Positions 41,974 to 55,938 of a DNA stretch of 64,000 nt are shown piece by piece. Position numbers and translations under genes: made by a program. Origin of the DNA: Octopus sinensis (lineage: Eukaryota). The notes below the pieces were generated by a model, which saw only the letters and a program-made list of their open reading frames with translations, was not told the DNA's origin and made no database searches. How positions within the stretch are numbered: position 1 is the first letter of the stretch; each line of letters opens with the position of its first letter. The DNA lies in the NCBI RefSeq assembly GCF_006345805.1, contig NC_043015.1, forward strand, positions 21,328,001-21,392,000, in the 5' to 3' direction.

Positions 41974-42457
41974 GCAGACTTCTCGCAGGTTCCGTCAGCG
42001 AAATTCCATTCGCAATGAATTAGTCATTAGCTACAAATATGTTTATAAGTCGTGGAGTAACTACAATGAGGATCGATCCACGATAATGGTTTACGTACGT
42101 GGTTCATTTATGAAATTTTCATACAGACTAGTAGTCTCCACTTCCTGAAATAATTACTCAGTTAACTACAATTGAAGGACGAAGGAAGGACGAGGTTTGT
42201 CCACTTTCCCAATATACCAACTGATAATGGGTGCTACAGATAAAATATTAATCGTCATATTGTCGGAAACTAATGGAACCATTTGAAATATATTTAACAT
42301 ACTTCAAACGGAGTTTAGGCAATAATTCTGTCGAAGAGGAATTTTAAATCTCCTTCAATTGTCCGATGGTGTAAGACTTAAAATGTTAGTAGCTCTTCCC
42401 GAAAGTTTAAATAATGGGTATAATATAATGAATATCTTAATATATATGTGTATATAT

Positions 42458-42529
<72 letters not shown>

Positions 42530-42605
42530 TATATAATATTTGTATGCATATATTATATGTACGAGTGTATATGTATGTATATATATTTGTATGTATTTAT
42601 GTATA

Positions 42606-42651
<46 letters not shown>

Positions 42652-43999
42652 ATATATATGCATGTATGTAAATATCTAAATCAGCATCTATCTATCTATC
42701 ACTCTCTCTCTTCTCTCTATATATATATATATATATATTATTATATATATATATATATATATATATTATAGCTAGATAATATTTAGAGAAATTATTCAGT
42801 ATCTTCTCACTGCGTATAACACAACTATAACAAATATAGCATATGTACATATATACATGTTTTCATACGTATATTGAAACGCAACAGACATATACCAGCG
42901 TATAATCGCTCTCACCGATAAATATATCGCACGTGTATACACGCATATATATTATTATATACATTTACACTTATATCTACAGATTTCATATCTATATATA
43001 TAATATGTAATATGTGTATGTATGAATCAATATAAAATAATATGATATATAAATATATATATATATATCAACATAGATATATACGTAAATCTACTTCCAT
43101 AACTCCTATATATGTCATAGCGTTGTTGATTGCGTATTATAAAATTCCCATACAGACTTTGGTGAAGAACCATATGGCTGCGTCAATCAATGCTCAGTGA
43201 CAAGTTACTAAATTCTGGAATTCTGTAGAAGAAAAATTAATTTCCTGTGTTTAGCTCTTTGTAAGTAGGGACGACATTCATAATATTTTATCCCCCGGGA
43301 ATCAAATAATTGCAACTAAGCTTTAACTATATAATAAGGGTACAGAGGAATAAAAGAAAAAAATTATTCGATCATTGCTTTCGGCAATTGAAAACTTGGT
43401 TAGTACTTGTGTTGTGATTACTGGAATGATATAGTCATAGAATAAATTCTAAAAGAGTTTTTAGTCCAACTTTCGTACTGGAACTGTCTGATGATGTAGA
43501 GAGAGTTGCAAGATCGATCACAGCAGAAGAAATAATGAATCGAAAAGTAATTATTTCAAGTGGAATTTATTAATTATAATATATTAGTTTATCCTGTGCA
43601 ATGTGTTTTAAATTACTGTAAGAGAGTAAAATAAAATAGACCTTTTAGTTATGCGACATATTTGATAATATTTGTAGTAACAATAACAGCGTTGGCGTTT
43701 GTACAATCATTATTATAGTTAAGACTCCGAACAATATGCCTAACAGCCTTTCGCTCTGAGTTCGAATTTCCCTTTTATCCGTTAGAGTTAGATGAACATT
43801 GCGGTGATTGTAATCGACTAGCTTCTCTCTCAAATTTTCAGATCTTGTGCTTCTAGTAAAAAGAATTCTTCTTCTTCTTCTTCTTCTTCTTCTTCTTCTT
43901 CTTCTTCTTCTTCTTCTCTTCTTCTTCCTCCTCCACTTCCTCCTCCTCCTCCTCCTCCTCCTCCTCCTCCTCCTTCTTCTTCTTCATCATCTTCTTCTC

Positions 44000-45130
44000 C
44001 TAGGGCTAGTGAAGGATAAGAGATGTTACAACATGACTGAAAGCTTGGGAAGGGCAAGTATCAGGGGCAGTGGCGAAATATCTTCATGTAATACAACACA
44101 GACATTTAAATTGATAGAGTTTTTCTAAGGATGTGGGAAGTATTTGTCGGCACAATCATTTGGATTTCTCCAAGACATGGTTCTCTTGGGATATTATCTA
44201 GGTGTTTCTGACTTTTATTTCTTATCATACTTACGGCACCCACATTTTTTTGAGCTCTTGGAGTCTTTCATGGCGTAGCGGGCTTACTACCTGCAGCCAA
44301 CGGTACCATTTAATTCGTTCTATTTAGCTATCTGATACTTTCCTGATTGATTTGGCCGTGCTAAGGAGGCTAAACCTTTGTAACAGTTCTACTGGGCACT
44401 CTATTCCAATTTCCTTTATATTCCTCTTGCTGCCTTCTGATACTGTTCCCAAGGACCCAACAATAATTAGCACTATGTTTCCTTCTTCATTTTCCATAGC
44501 CTACTTATGTCGTACTTAAGCGAGTTGTATCTAACATTACGCCTTCCTTCTTGACTATTCGTGGGTCAAAGGGGCATGCAAAATCAATTATATAGCATAT
44601 GTCGTGCACATTGTCCACCGCCACTAGGTCCGGTTTGTTATGCTCCAGCACCTGATCTGTTTGGATTCGGAATTCCCAGAGGATGTTGCTCAGACCACAT
44701 CTTGCATCTCTTTAGCCCCTGTTTCGCACAATTTCCAACACAGCACATTCTCTACCATGTCGAGAGCTTGTACTGGTTTTGGGCAAGTATAGCACCTTCG
44801 TTCATTTTCAATTTTATTATTCAGTAGTCTTATTGTAATCACTTGCTTTCACTGCACTACCTAGTGCACCAATGTGTATCTTGCGTATGTGCTGTGGTTT
44901 GTTGTGACACTCTTATTTTTACCGTATTGTAAGTGTTTTACATAGGATGTGTGCGGTACCTAATAATGCAATTTTCTGTATATTATATATATATACAAGT
45001 TAGTCCTGGTGGTTTTGTTATGTATTTTTCTGAATATACGTTTATATATTTGTGCAGCAAAGTTCCTTATGTGAAGTGGTATGTAGAAACATGTATTTCA
45101 GAATGGTAATACACATTTTATGCCAAATAA
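44000..45130 (-). mobile_element. Three stacked R4/Dong-clade 3' remnants in the same orientation
   Basis: Minus translations: QKHLDNIPREPCLGEIQMIV...TSHILRKTLSI (44000-44240); NILWEFRIQTDQVLEHNKPDLVAVD...IIDFACPFDPRIVKKE...ISRLWKMK...IVGSLGTV (44260-44815); QKIALLGTAHILCKTL (44822-45110). Confidence 0.85.
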
Positions 45131-45359
45131 ACAAACGCACTACATGTTCGTTCTTCACTCGTTTATTACTGTTCATGTCCATTGTTCTGTGAAGAAGTAT
45201 CTCTTATGCCATTCTGTTGTTCGATGAATAAGCGGAGCTAGAGCACACACGAAAACAGAAAGTGCCGCTGAGGAGGTCATAGATGTGTGACAAAAGATTT
45301 CCGAATAATGGATATGAGTTAGAATAAGAATAGTAATAAAGGAGTATGGGGTGGATATA

Positions 45360-45636
45360 TAATGGTGCTTGGAGTGATCACTAGTGATCGCGACGTTATG
45401 CCTCCATTCATCTTCACGCACAGTCTCAGTCTCAACATGGAGGCCTACATCAATGGCTGGAGGAGGCAGCGCTGTCGTGGAGCAAGAGGGTGGCTGCTGG
45501 AAGACTGTGTCGGATAACAGGACTTTGCAGCATGCCACGCAAACAGGAGACCGCAGTCATGACTGTTAGACAATTTCTGCGAACACATTACACCTAACAT
45601 TTGTTTACCAACTCCCACATTGCAACCTCTTTGACA
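45360..45636 (+). pseudogene. mariner/maT-type DDD transposase fragment
   Basis: IMVLGVITSDRDVMPPFIFTHSLSLNMEAYI / LEEAALSWSKRVAAGR / QDFAACH...DNFCEHITPNI...CNLFD (decayed WPPNSPDxNPLD motif), frameshifted and truncated by (TA)n. Confidence 0.8.
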
Positions 45637-45643
45637 AATATAT

Positions 45644-45717
<74 letters not shown>

Positions 45718-45860
45718 AGATATATATATATTTATATATATATATATATATCTATATATATAGATATATATATACATATATTTATATATTGGTAAAAACG
45801 GTAAGATAACAAAGAAAGAAAGATACCTCAATATTATGGGAATAGAGGAATTTATCTGTA

Positions 45861-46335
45861 AAATAATGTGATAATTAATTATTCAGTAGCCAAGATAAAA
45901 CTCGGATGCCGAGGTGGAAATCCACACCACCATCTCTTCTGTTATCTGGCCATCTGAAAAAAAGCTATGAATAAAGACGGTTATACAATGCAAAATTACT
46001 GTGTTGTAGACCGCTACACAAACCACTAATTTGAATGACCGCTAATTAAGATATAGTAAGCACGTAAGCGTACCTCTTCATACGTGCACATGTGCGCTCG
46101 CATACATTACTATGACTATGAAGTCATTTGTACGCGTGTGTAGATGTGTACGAGTGTCGGGTATGTATGTATATAGATATGTGCGTGTGCGCGGGCATAA
46201 ATGTACATATTTATATATAGACGTTTATAATCAGTATTTTTAAAAAATGGGGGGTGGTATGTATTAATCATTTTTATGCGAGAGTGTTTCTGTATGCGTG
46301 TATAGACGTGTGCGGGTATGTACATATATGGGCGT

Positions 46336-46373
<38 letters not shown>

Positions 46374-46832
46374 TGCATATGAACGTGGTTTACTCTTTGC
46401 ATACATCCTTATGCCTTTTTTCTGTATTGTTACACTTGACCCTGTTTTTTCTTCTGCTTGTGTGTATGTAGACGTATGTATGAACTTTTACGGTGTGCGT
46501 GTGTGTGTATGAGTTTGTATATATATGCATATACATTTGCCGAAAAATACGAGTGAAGATGTGTATGTTTTCATAGTGGTGTATGCGCACATGTTTATGT
46601 ATGAACAGGCACGCTTACGTGTTTACTATGAACTTTTAATCTTAATTAGCGGTCATTCGAATTGGCGCTTTGTATAAGTAGCGGTCTATAACACAGTAAT
46701 TTTCCTTTGTATAACCGTCTTTTTTCATAACGTTTCTCAGATGGCCAGATAACCGAAGAGATGGTGGATTTTCACCTCGGCATCCGAAACTCGGAGTTTT
46801 ATCTTGGCTACTGAATAATTGTCACATTATTT
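45861..46832. mobile_element. Decayed element with ~190-bp inverted arms (45861-46052; 46639-46832) around a microsatellite-like spacer
   Basis: attcagtagccaagataaaactc...ggatgccgaggtg...gaatgaccgctaattaagat versus atcttaattagcggtcattc...cacctcggcatcc...gagttttatcttggctactgaat. Confidence 0.8.
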
Positions 46833-46863
46833 ACACACACACCCACACACACATATATATAAT

Positions 46864-46914
<51 letters not shown>

Positions 46915-47073
46915 TATATAGATATATATATATATACGTGGGCGTGTCTGTGTGTTTATGTATATATATAAAGTCACTATCAGACTTTTGTAGGGATATT
47001 TTTTATCCAAGATACACTGGTTTAATATATTGCATTTTGAAGAGATATTTCTTCAATGAATTTATTATAGAAA

Positions 47074-47230
47074 ATATCATAAAATATCAAATATTATTGC
47101 TAAGTTGAAAACGGAGAGATCTAATGGATGAAAATTAATATATTAATAAATTTATTAGTAAATTAATTTGTATTTCCATTAGATCTCTCCGTTTTCAAAC
47201 ATAATTATAATATTTGATAGTTTATGATAT
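47074..47230. repeat. Imperfect ~157-bp AT-rich hairpin
   Basis: ttgaaaacggagagatctaatgga ... tccattagatctctccgttttcaa. Confidence 0.85.
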
Positions 47231-47955
47231 ATATATATAATATAATATAATACAATATAATATAATATAATATAATAAATAAGAAATATTATATACAAAT
47301 TACATACAATTGTTTCGATTATTACCCGTAATAATATTATAAAAATCCATGTTAAGGTTTCGCGAGAAAATCAGGTACTCCTTTGTTCATGAATTATTGT
47401 TATATTCTTTGGCATTCTATGTACTCATTCCGCTAATAAAAGATGCACTAGAAACATCTCTAAAGAAATCACACTTATCCATCTTCCGTTACTCAGATAG
47501 TTACATATTTGTGTGTATGTATATATATATATATGTACGTATGCATATATTTCTGTGTGTGTGTGTGTCTTTGAGTGTGTAGTTGCCTCCCGCTTTCGGT
47601 TGGCAACTGATTTCTTCGCATCACCGTTTCACACCGCTTCGTCGAATCTGTAACGTACTCAGCTTCAAAAAGTGGTTACCGGGTCGAATTGTTCAACTAT
47701 AGTATGGACATATATTTGATTGTGGTTTTTTGTATATATATATATATATGTATAATTGTATAATTATAATGAAGGGTATCTAAGAGATACCCTCATGCTA
47801 GAGATAGCAGTCAAAACTAGAACCTAATGAGTAATTAATACCTATAAGGTTTTTATTCCCATGCTGGCCGCTGCTATGATGGGTATTTTGAATAACGATT
47901 TTATACTTATTTATATAAAAATGATATATATACATTGATATATATATTTATATTA

Positions 47956-48528
47956 TAATATAAATAAATATTTTCAAGTGAAAAAATTTACAGATTTTTT
48001 TCTCTTATGAGGTTTTTCACGCTAACTATCTGATAATTTCTTATTAAGATTTTATCCTATTTTTTAAATTTGTTCCGAACAAGCACGTTTCTTACCGAAA
48101 TGCAGTTCGAAAAAGACCACCATTTACATAAATATATGAGGGGTGAACATTTTCATATGCTACGATGGAGGCGACGGTTGTCTGTCTGGTTCCGCCTGGT
48201 ATGTTGGTTTTGTTCATTCATGATATATGTTGAATTCGTTTCACTGAAGAGCAAGAGACGTAGATAATACGTTAATTGCGAAATCACAGGTGATCTGGAA
48301 CTAAATTCTGTTTTTAAATGTCTTGCTTCGAGAGCTGCATTCGTACGATTTGTTTATTTTTGGTAGTTATGACTTAAAAGTCCCTCTAGCGTGTGGCATT
48401 TATGTGTTAATGCCCTCTATATAATATAATAAAATATTTCGAGTGAAAAAATTTACAGATTTTTTTCTCTTATGAGGTTTTTCACGCTAACTATCTGATA
48501 ATTCTTAAGATGTTATCCTGTTTTTAAA
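47956..48528 (+). mobile_element. Non-coding ~570-bp element with ~110-bp terminal direct repeats (copy A)
   Basis: Direct repeats 47956-48068 and 48421-48528 (agtgaaaaaatttacagatttttt...cttatgaggtttttcacgctaactatctgataatt); interior homologous to the reverse complement of 52670-53053. Confidence 0.8.
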
Positions 48529-48572
48529 ATGATATATATATATAACATCATACTGTATATATGATATATATG

Positions 48573-48648
<76 letters not shown>

Positions 48649-49252
48649 CACATATATGTGTGTGTTGTTGTGTGCGTGTTTTTAAAACAGTTTGAATCAG
48701 CTCCATGCCACTTACATTTCATAGGTTTCTCACGAACTTCAACCTCTTGGGCTTCAGTTAACCGAACAGGGAGATGCAGGAAGTTTATGATAGCTAACAG
48801 ATAGATAACTAACAGTGCAAATGAACAAATCGTGTGATCAGCTTTCCAGCGGCACCAGATGAATTGAAAAGGAGTTCGTGGACCGCGTGACTGGACAAGA
48901 ATCTCATGACACCTTAATGTCTGGCTGGTGTTTGTAAGAACTTATGGACGAAGTTGTGTATATGTATAAAGCAGACGTATGTGTGCCTAGGTGCGGTTGC
49001 TTGATTCATCTGACTGCTATGCATGTGTGTATGGGGTAAGGCTCACATGTGTGTAAGCTGGCGTGTGGATGAGAGCTGGTGATAGCAGCCCGCTGGTGCG
49101 AACGTGAGTTTGGTAGGGTGTGAGCAGTATGGTGTAATTCTGCATGTTAGAGTTGTGTTCACTTACGACGTTGTCGCATGAGAGACAGTGTTATAAAGTC
49201 AGCGACAGCACGGTAGGTTATAGGCTTATCAAGTTATCGATTATCCTTATAG

Positions 49253-49347
49253 AAGGAGATGACGTTTTTGTTTGGCTTGAGTATGAAGGGCTTGTTGTGG
49301 AGCCTGCAACGGTTGTGGGTGAGGCAGATTTCGCCTATGACTCAGTG
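49253..49347 (+). CDS. Candidate 95-nt internal exon (unidentified protein)
   Basis: ttatccttatAG acceptor, GTGAGT donor, open frame EGDDVFVWLEYEGLVVEPATVVGEADFAYDSV (a second frame is also open); not recognised. Confidence 0.3.
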
Positions 49348-50817
49348 GTGAGTACACGCGTGACCGAATATATATGTGTGTGTGTGTCAGTTGTGTATAT
49401 TAAATGCTTGTGTGTATGCGTACGTATTGAGGATACATATATGTGTGTATCTGTAAGTTTATGGGTGAATGGTGAACGTGTGTATGTATATTCCTGTATT
49501 TTTTTGTATGTATATGAATATGCGTGTTTGTCTGGAGGAACATGTATGCACGTGTGCATATGATTTTATCTGCTGTGCTCGCGTGTGTTTACATATATGA
49601 GCATGTTTTCGGTATTTATGTATGCGCGCATGACAGCTGTATGCTAACGTTCCTGTGGTGGTGGTAGAATTGAGCGTTGGATCGATGTTTTGTGGGGTTG
49701 AAGGGGAAAATTTGGTTTTGTTAGGCGAGGAAGGAGTAGAAAAGTATACGTGTATAGGTATGTGCGTATGCATTCTCCACTTATGTGGTGATAGTAGTGG
49801 GGTTTACTGGAGATTTATCAGGCTGGAAAGTTTGCTGCAGTCTGCGTAGACATCGGTGGTTAGATCCTGTCCTTGATTGTGGGGCAGTCAGTGTTGAGAA
49901 GCAATCAATGATAAAATGGAATATCTGGGCTATCTGCAGTCATATGTATGGTCGTATAAATGTCATAAGGCGAGATCATGAGTTTGATGAATGGACAGAC
50001 ACCCCCCCCCCACACACACACACATATATATATATGTATATGTATATATGTATGTATAGATACCGATATGTCTCTATATTTTTGTGTGTGTGTGTGCGTA
50101 TCTACCTATACATATACAGAGAGATAGATGGATAGATAGATAGTTTGAAAAATGGAGCGACATTTATATTCACCAACATACGATCACACGCGCGTGTATA
50201 TATACATCTAGATTTGTATATATTCATATATTCATACATAGCTACATATGAAAAATATCTACTCAGACACACTCAAATATACAGAATACGAGATAAAGAG
50301 AGACGGTGATAGAGAGAAAAATAGTGAACGAGCCATGAGATTGGGCGATTGACACATGATTCGTGATATTTTAAGAAATAGTAATACGTCATAAATTGAA
50401 CGGCAGAGATCAATAAAAGTGAAGGGTGAGTCATGCCTATAAGGAAATACATCGCAAATATATAGAATTCAAGAAGATTCCACATGTCTTAGTGGCAGAA
50501 ATTTGATAAAACTGAACGAGGAAGGATTTTAAAGAGTAAGCTTTGAATGATGTATTTTGCATGTGGTTCTTTCAAGTTTTTCGATTAGAAACCAGAAGAA
50601 TATATTTGTTTTTTTGTTGCGTTAATTGTGATACATTAAAAAAGATGACGTTGGCCAAACCTTTCTATCAATGTATACGTATGTATTTGATTGTCTGTCT
50701 GTTTTCTTTATTTTTTTATTTCATTTTCTCTTACATCAGCTTATTAATCTCCCTAATTGCATGTGAATTAGATGTATGTATAATGACACGCATAGGTCTG
50801 TGATCATTGGAATACGC

Positions 50818-50896
<79 letters not shown>

Positions 50897-51021
50897 TTGT
50901 ATGTCTCACTGTATACATAAATACATTTCTATACATACATGTATGTGAATCTTTCTATCTTTATATCTATCGTGAATCTACACATTTATCAAATCTGTCT
51001 GTCTGTCTGTCTCTCTCTTTG

Positions 51022-51063
<42 letters not shown>

Positions 51064-51172
51064 ATATATATGTAGTTCATAGATAAGAATCTGATATTCT
51101 CTGTATAGAATACACTTAGCAGTGTTCAAGTGAATTGAACTTGAGCGGGTTTAGAAATAAATGCAGAGATAA

Positions 51173-51538
51173 GCAAGTTAGACAGATCAATACATAAAGT
51201 TTTACTATACTAATACATGAAATGCAAAAATTGCTTATGTGTTATTATACAACGATGTCGATTTACACAGAATTCAAATGATACAGACGATTAAAGTATT
51301 AAAAGCCCAACAGCTGTTTCTGGGGGCTCAGCAAACCTAAATAATGTTTGCAGATTGATTTCATCATAGGAAGATACAAGTCTCCGTCTTCAGAGAAGAG
51401 ATCTTGCATTTGTGATGTTATAGGAAAGAAGTTCAAAGTGGAACGTTCTTGCGTGCATACATAAGCACATTTTTTGTTTTTTTTTGCATTTCATGTAATA
51501 ATTTAGTAAAACTTTATATATTGATCTGTCAAACTTGC
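51173..51538. mobile_element. Decayed MITE with ~68-bp imperfect TIRs
   Basis: gcaagttagacagatcaatacataaagttttacta...catgaaatgcaaaaa is inverted at 51470-51538. Confidence 0.7.
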
Positions 51539-51608
51539 CTCTCCCCACATTCATTTCTATACATGCATACATACATACATATATACATACATTCATATAT
51601 ACCTGCAT

Positions 51609-51650
<42 letters not shown>

Positions 51651-52533
51651 ATATAATAATATATTTACATACGCACACAAACACATACACACAAATGTGT
51701 ATGTTGTGGAAACTTGTACGCAATATATATCCATATATGTTAAAATGTTGAAATGTTTCTTTCTTCAAGGTTTGTGGGAAGTGTGGTGACGGTTTATTAT
51801 AGAAGTTCTGTATAATTCATATATCTTACAAAATACTGGAGCTTGAGAGGGAGAAATTTCAGAAAACTGTTCGTTGATACTACAAATATAAGACAAGGTA
51901 TATAGACAGAAAAGAAATAAAAATCAAATCACGCTAGCATCAATAACAATAATTACGACTGTGTAATTCATTTGATGATATTTTCAGTATCTGTTAATGG
52001 ACATGCGACTTTGAATAAAATTTTGGTCACACACAGTGACAAATGTAAACCCGTGCACACGTATGCAGTGGAACATCTATTCGGGTTCAGATGTATGTGT
52101 ATATATATATATACTTTATTAATAAAGTTGCAGAGACATTACTAAAATTATTACTCAGAGTTTGTTAGTCAGACAGTTCTGAAACCAAAACATTCAGACG
52201 AATAGAAACTTTAATTACTCAGTAACGGTTTTTGTGATGTGTTTGCAGCTTTATCAATAAAGCATATTACTCTACTTCCGGTATTCGCGTACTATTCCAC
52301 CCTCACTGTTTCACATTTATGTGCTTATTAATCAATTGCATTGCAACTATAAGCATTTATGTATTTGCCATCTGGGTGCCTCACCAGCAGTATATTAGAT
52401 AACTGATATCCCATAGTGGGTTACACTCATAACACCTTATGACTATATAAGAATATATATTGTTCTTATAAATATATATATATATGTATGTATATATATA
52501 TATATTGCATACACGTAACCATATATAACGTAC

Positions 52534-52576
<43 letters not shown>

Positions 52577-52579
<3 letters not shown>

Positions 52580-53146
52580 TTTAACAATTAAGGATAATCT
52601 CTTAATAAGGGATCTTAACAAGAAATTATCGGGCAGCTAGCGTGAAAACCTCATAAAAGAAAAGAATTCGAAAATAATTTTTTTCTTTTGAACAAATTAA
52701 TTATATCTATATTGTATAGAGGGCATTATTACACATAAATGCCTCACGCTAAGAGGGAAAGTCATTACTACCAAAATTATACTAATCATACCCAAATGCA
52801 GTTTTTCAAAGCAAGACATAAAAAATGAATTTAGTTCTGTATCACCGTGATTTCACATTCAACTTTACGTCTTATGATCCTCAGCAGAACTGATTCTGAA
52901 CACATCATAAATAAACTACCAACCTTACGTAGCGAAGACGAACAGACAACTGCTCACTCCGGCCAAGCACATGGAATGTTTATAAATCATATATCCGGTA
53001 AATGGCGGGCTTTTTACGAACTGCATGTCGGGTAATGAAAAGTATTTCGGAATAAGTTTAACAATTAAGGATAATCTCTTAATAAGGGATCTTAACAAGA
53101 AATTATCGGGCAGCTAGCGTGAAAACCTCATAAAAGAAAAGAATTC
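52577..53146 (-). mobile_element. Non-coding 570-bp element with identical 93-bp terminal direct repeats (copy B)
   Basis: aagtttaacaattaaggataatctc...gctagcgtgaaaacctcataaaagaaaagaattc at 52577-52669 and 53054-53146; flanked by (TA)n. Confidence 0.85.
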
Positions 53147-53640
53147 TATATATATATAGCAAAAACAAAGACAAATTACACGAAAATATATAAACAGAAG
53201 ATACAAATATTACAGGCATTTCCGCCCACACACACACAAATCTAAACATATACGGATAGCAAAGGAAGACACATACAATAGAAATACAAAATGGCTGACG
53301 GTTAGTGAGGAGAGACACACAAATAGAAAAGAAGAAAGCAAAGGACCAGTGATGCGGTCACAGGAGTGTGACGAAAGAACTCTGGCCGAAATAAGATTAA
53401 GATTAATGTAATAAATAAATAAGACTGAAGCAAAGTAACACCAAATATATAGTGCGTGTGTTTATATTGGCTAAACTGGCAAAATGACCATTCCGAAATA
53501 CAACAATATATATATATTATACATAAGTGATAATTATGTGTACATAGAAACATACGTACACACACTCATATATATATATACTTATATATATATATAAACA
53601 CACGTTTATATACACACATATATATGCATATGTCTAAGTG

Positions 53641-53684
<44 letters not shown>

Positions 53685-55460
53685 GTATGTATGTATGTAT
53701 GTATATATGTTTGAAGCGGTGGACAATTATTTTATACTGAGAAAGGAGGCAGTCAGAATTTTGTTCATCGAGCTCGTCAAGGCACAATCAAAATGGTAAA
53801 AACAGAACTCTTCGTTGCCTACTTATATGAACTGAATTTTTTTTTTTTGCTTTGTTTAGAAAGGGGAAAATGATATTGTTTTGGTTTTGCTTTGAAAATA
53901 AGGTAAAAGAGAGAAAGAAAAGCAAAGAAGGAAGAGAAAATAGACAGGGAGAAAGAACAATGATTCTTCAAGCCAATCAAGAAAGATGAAGAAAATAATA
54001 GACGATGGGGAAGGGATAGATAGAAACATAGGTAGATAGACAGGTAGATAGATAGATAGGTAGACAGGTAGCTAGATAGACAGATAGATACATAGACAGA
54101 CAATAGCTAGATAGGTAGATAGATATGTAGATAGTTCAAAGGCAATCTATAGAGTGTAAATTGTATAACAAAGCAGGGCCTGCTTAAATATATTTTTGAG
54201 TACGTTTCATTATTTTGTAGGATTTATTTCAATTTCCCTTGCTTGCTTGGATAAAAGAATTCAAAAGAGATCTTCACGATCATGTTACCACTTCATTATT
54301 ACTCTTTTAATAGTAATCATAATGGATAAAGAGAAAACATTTATATGACAATGTTACTGTTGTTGCTGAATGTTAAAATATCGTGATACTTATCTCTACA
54401 AATCATTGAGATTTTGACAACTGTTGTTCTTATAGAAGTTACATATACCTGAGAAAGAATGCTAGAACCATTTTACAACTGATTAGTAAAGATGTCTAAT
54501 GTAGTTACTTGGCAAAGTAATTCGTGATAAATATCTCTTTTGAATTATCTTATTCAAGCAGACAAGAAAAATGAAAAGAATCCCTAGAAAAAGATGAAAG
54601 ATACTAAAAAATATATTTAACCTGGCCCTACTTTCTTATATAATCTATATCCTACAGAGTTGCTTCCAGCTAAATATACAATATCCATGTTATTACAAAA
54701 CTCATTCATGATGTTTCATCAAATGTACTTACAGAATAGATTGAATTATAAACAGTACAGAACTCAGATTATTTTACTATATTCTGACTTTATTTTCCTA
54801 ATTTCTGAATGTTGTTTCTAATATTTGATGTTTGTCCGTGCAAAACAAGGAATTACTCAGAATATGGGATTTAACTATACAAATGTAAAGGAATATACGT
54901 TTTCATAGGACTTTGAACTTTGAAACATTTTTTACTTTTCAATGATAACCGAACCCTCCACACTTCCCATCGTACTTCCTAAATTTAACATCTTGAAAGG
55001 TCACCAGAACTTGTGAGGAAATGTGTTTATCCACAAATATGTTGATAGGTATAAAATGAGAAAAGAAATAAGAGAAAAAGTGAGAAAATAGAAAAATGCT
55101 TTGTAATGAAATTTCTATGGGTTGACTACACCAAATTGAAAAGAAAACTCTCTCTCCATCTATCTATCTATATTTTCTCCATCTTTTATTATTTTTTCCC
55201 TTTCCTTGATTGTTCTGAAACCTCTGTCTCTGCCTATTTTCGTCCCCTCTTTGCTTTTCCTTCTCTCCTTCTTCCTTAAATTTTTTTCTCTTCTTCTAAA
55301 CAATGCAAAAAGAAAAGACATCCGATTCATATAAATAAGCAACGGATTTAGTCTTGACGAGTTCGATAATCGAACGAAAATGCTAATAAAGAATTATCCA
55401 AAATTCTGACTGCTTCCTTTTTCTCAATATATATATATATATATTTGTGTGTGTGTGTGT

Positions 55461-55501
<41 letters not shown>

Positions 55502-55865
55502 GTGTATATATATATATATATAACACAAACACACACACACACATATATATATATGCACATTTAAATGTATGCTCTTCCCTCGTGCGAGCATTGTTTTAGA
55601 TAGGCTGCACATACAATTTAGTGTGCACACACACGCACACACACCACGTCCGCACACAGTAATACACACACATGGAAGACACATACTTAAAAATAAAATA
55701 AAACACGCATGCTCAATCCTAAGTAGAGAAATGTGTGTGTGGGGGGGGAATACATGCCTCCTCTACAAAAAATATAAACCAACCTTCTAGGAACAACTCA
55801 TTAGATAAATGCACCGAATCACATTTAACATACGGTGGATACAAATAGATTTGTTGCGTGTAATA

Positions 55866-55938
<73 letters not shown>

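Noticed and set aside
48240-48265. Canonical hammerhead in the direct-repeat element
   Set aside because: CTGAAGA is present, but GAAA is replaced (GAGA/AAGA) and stem I does not pair in either copy; kept only as a clue.
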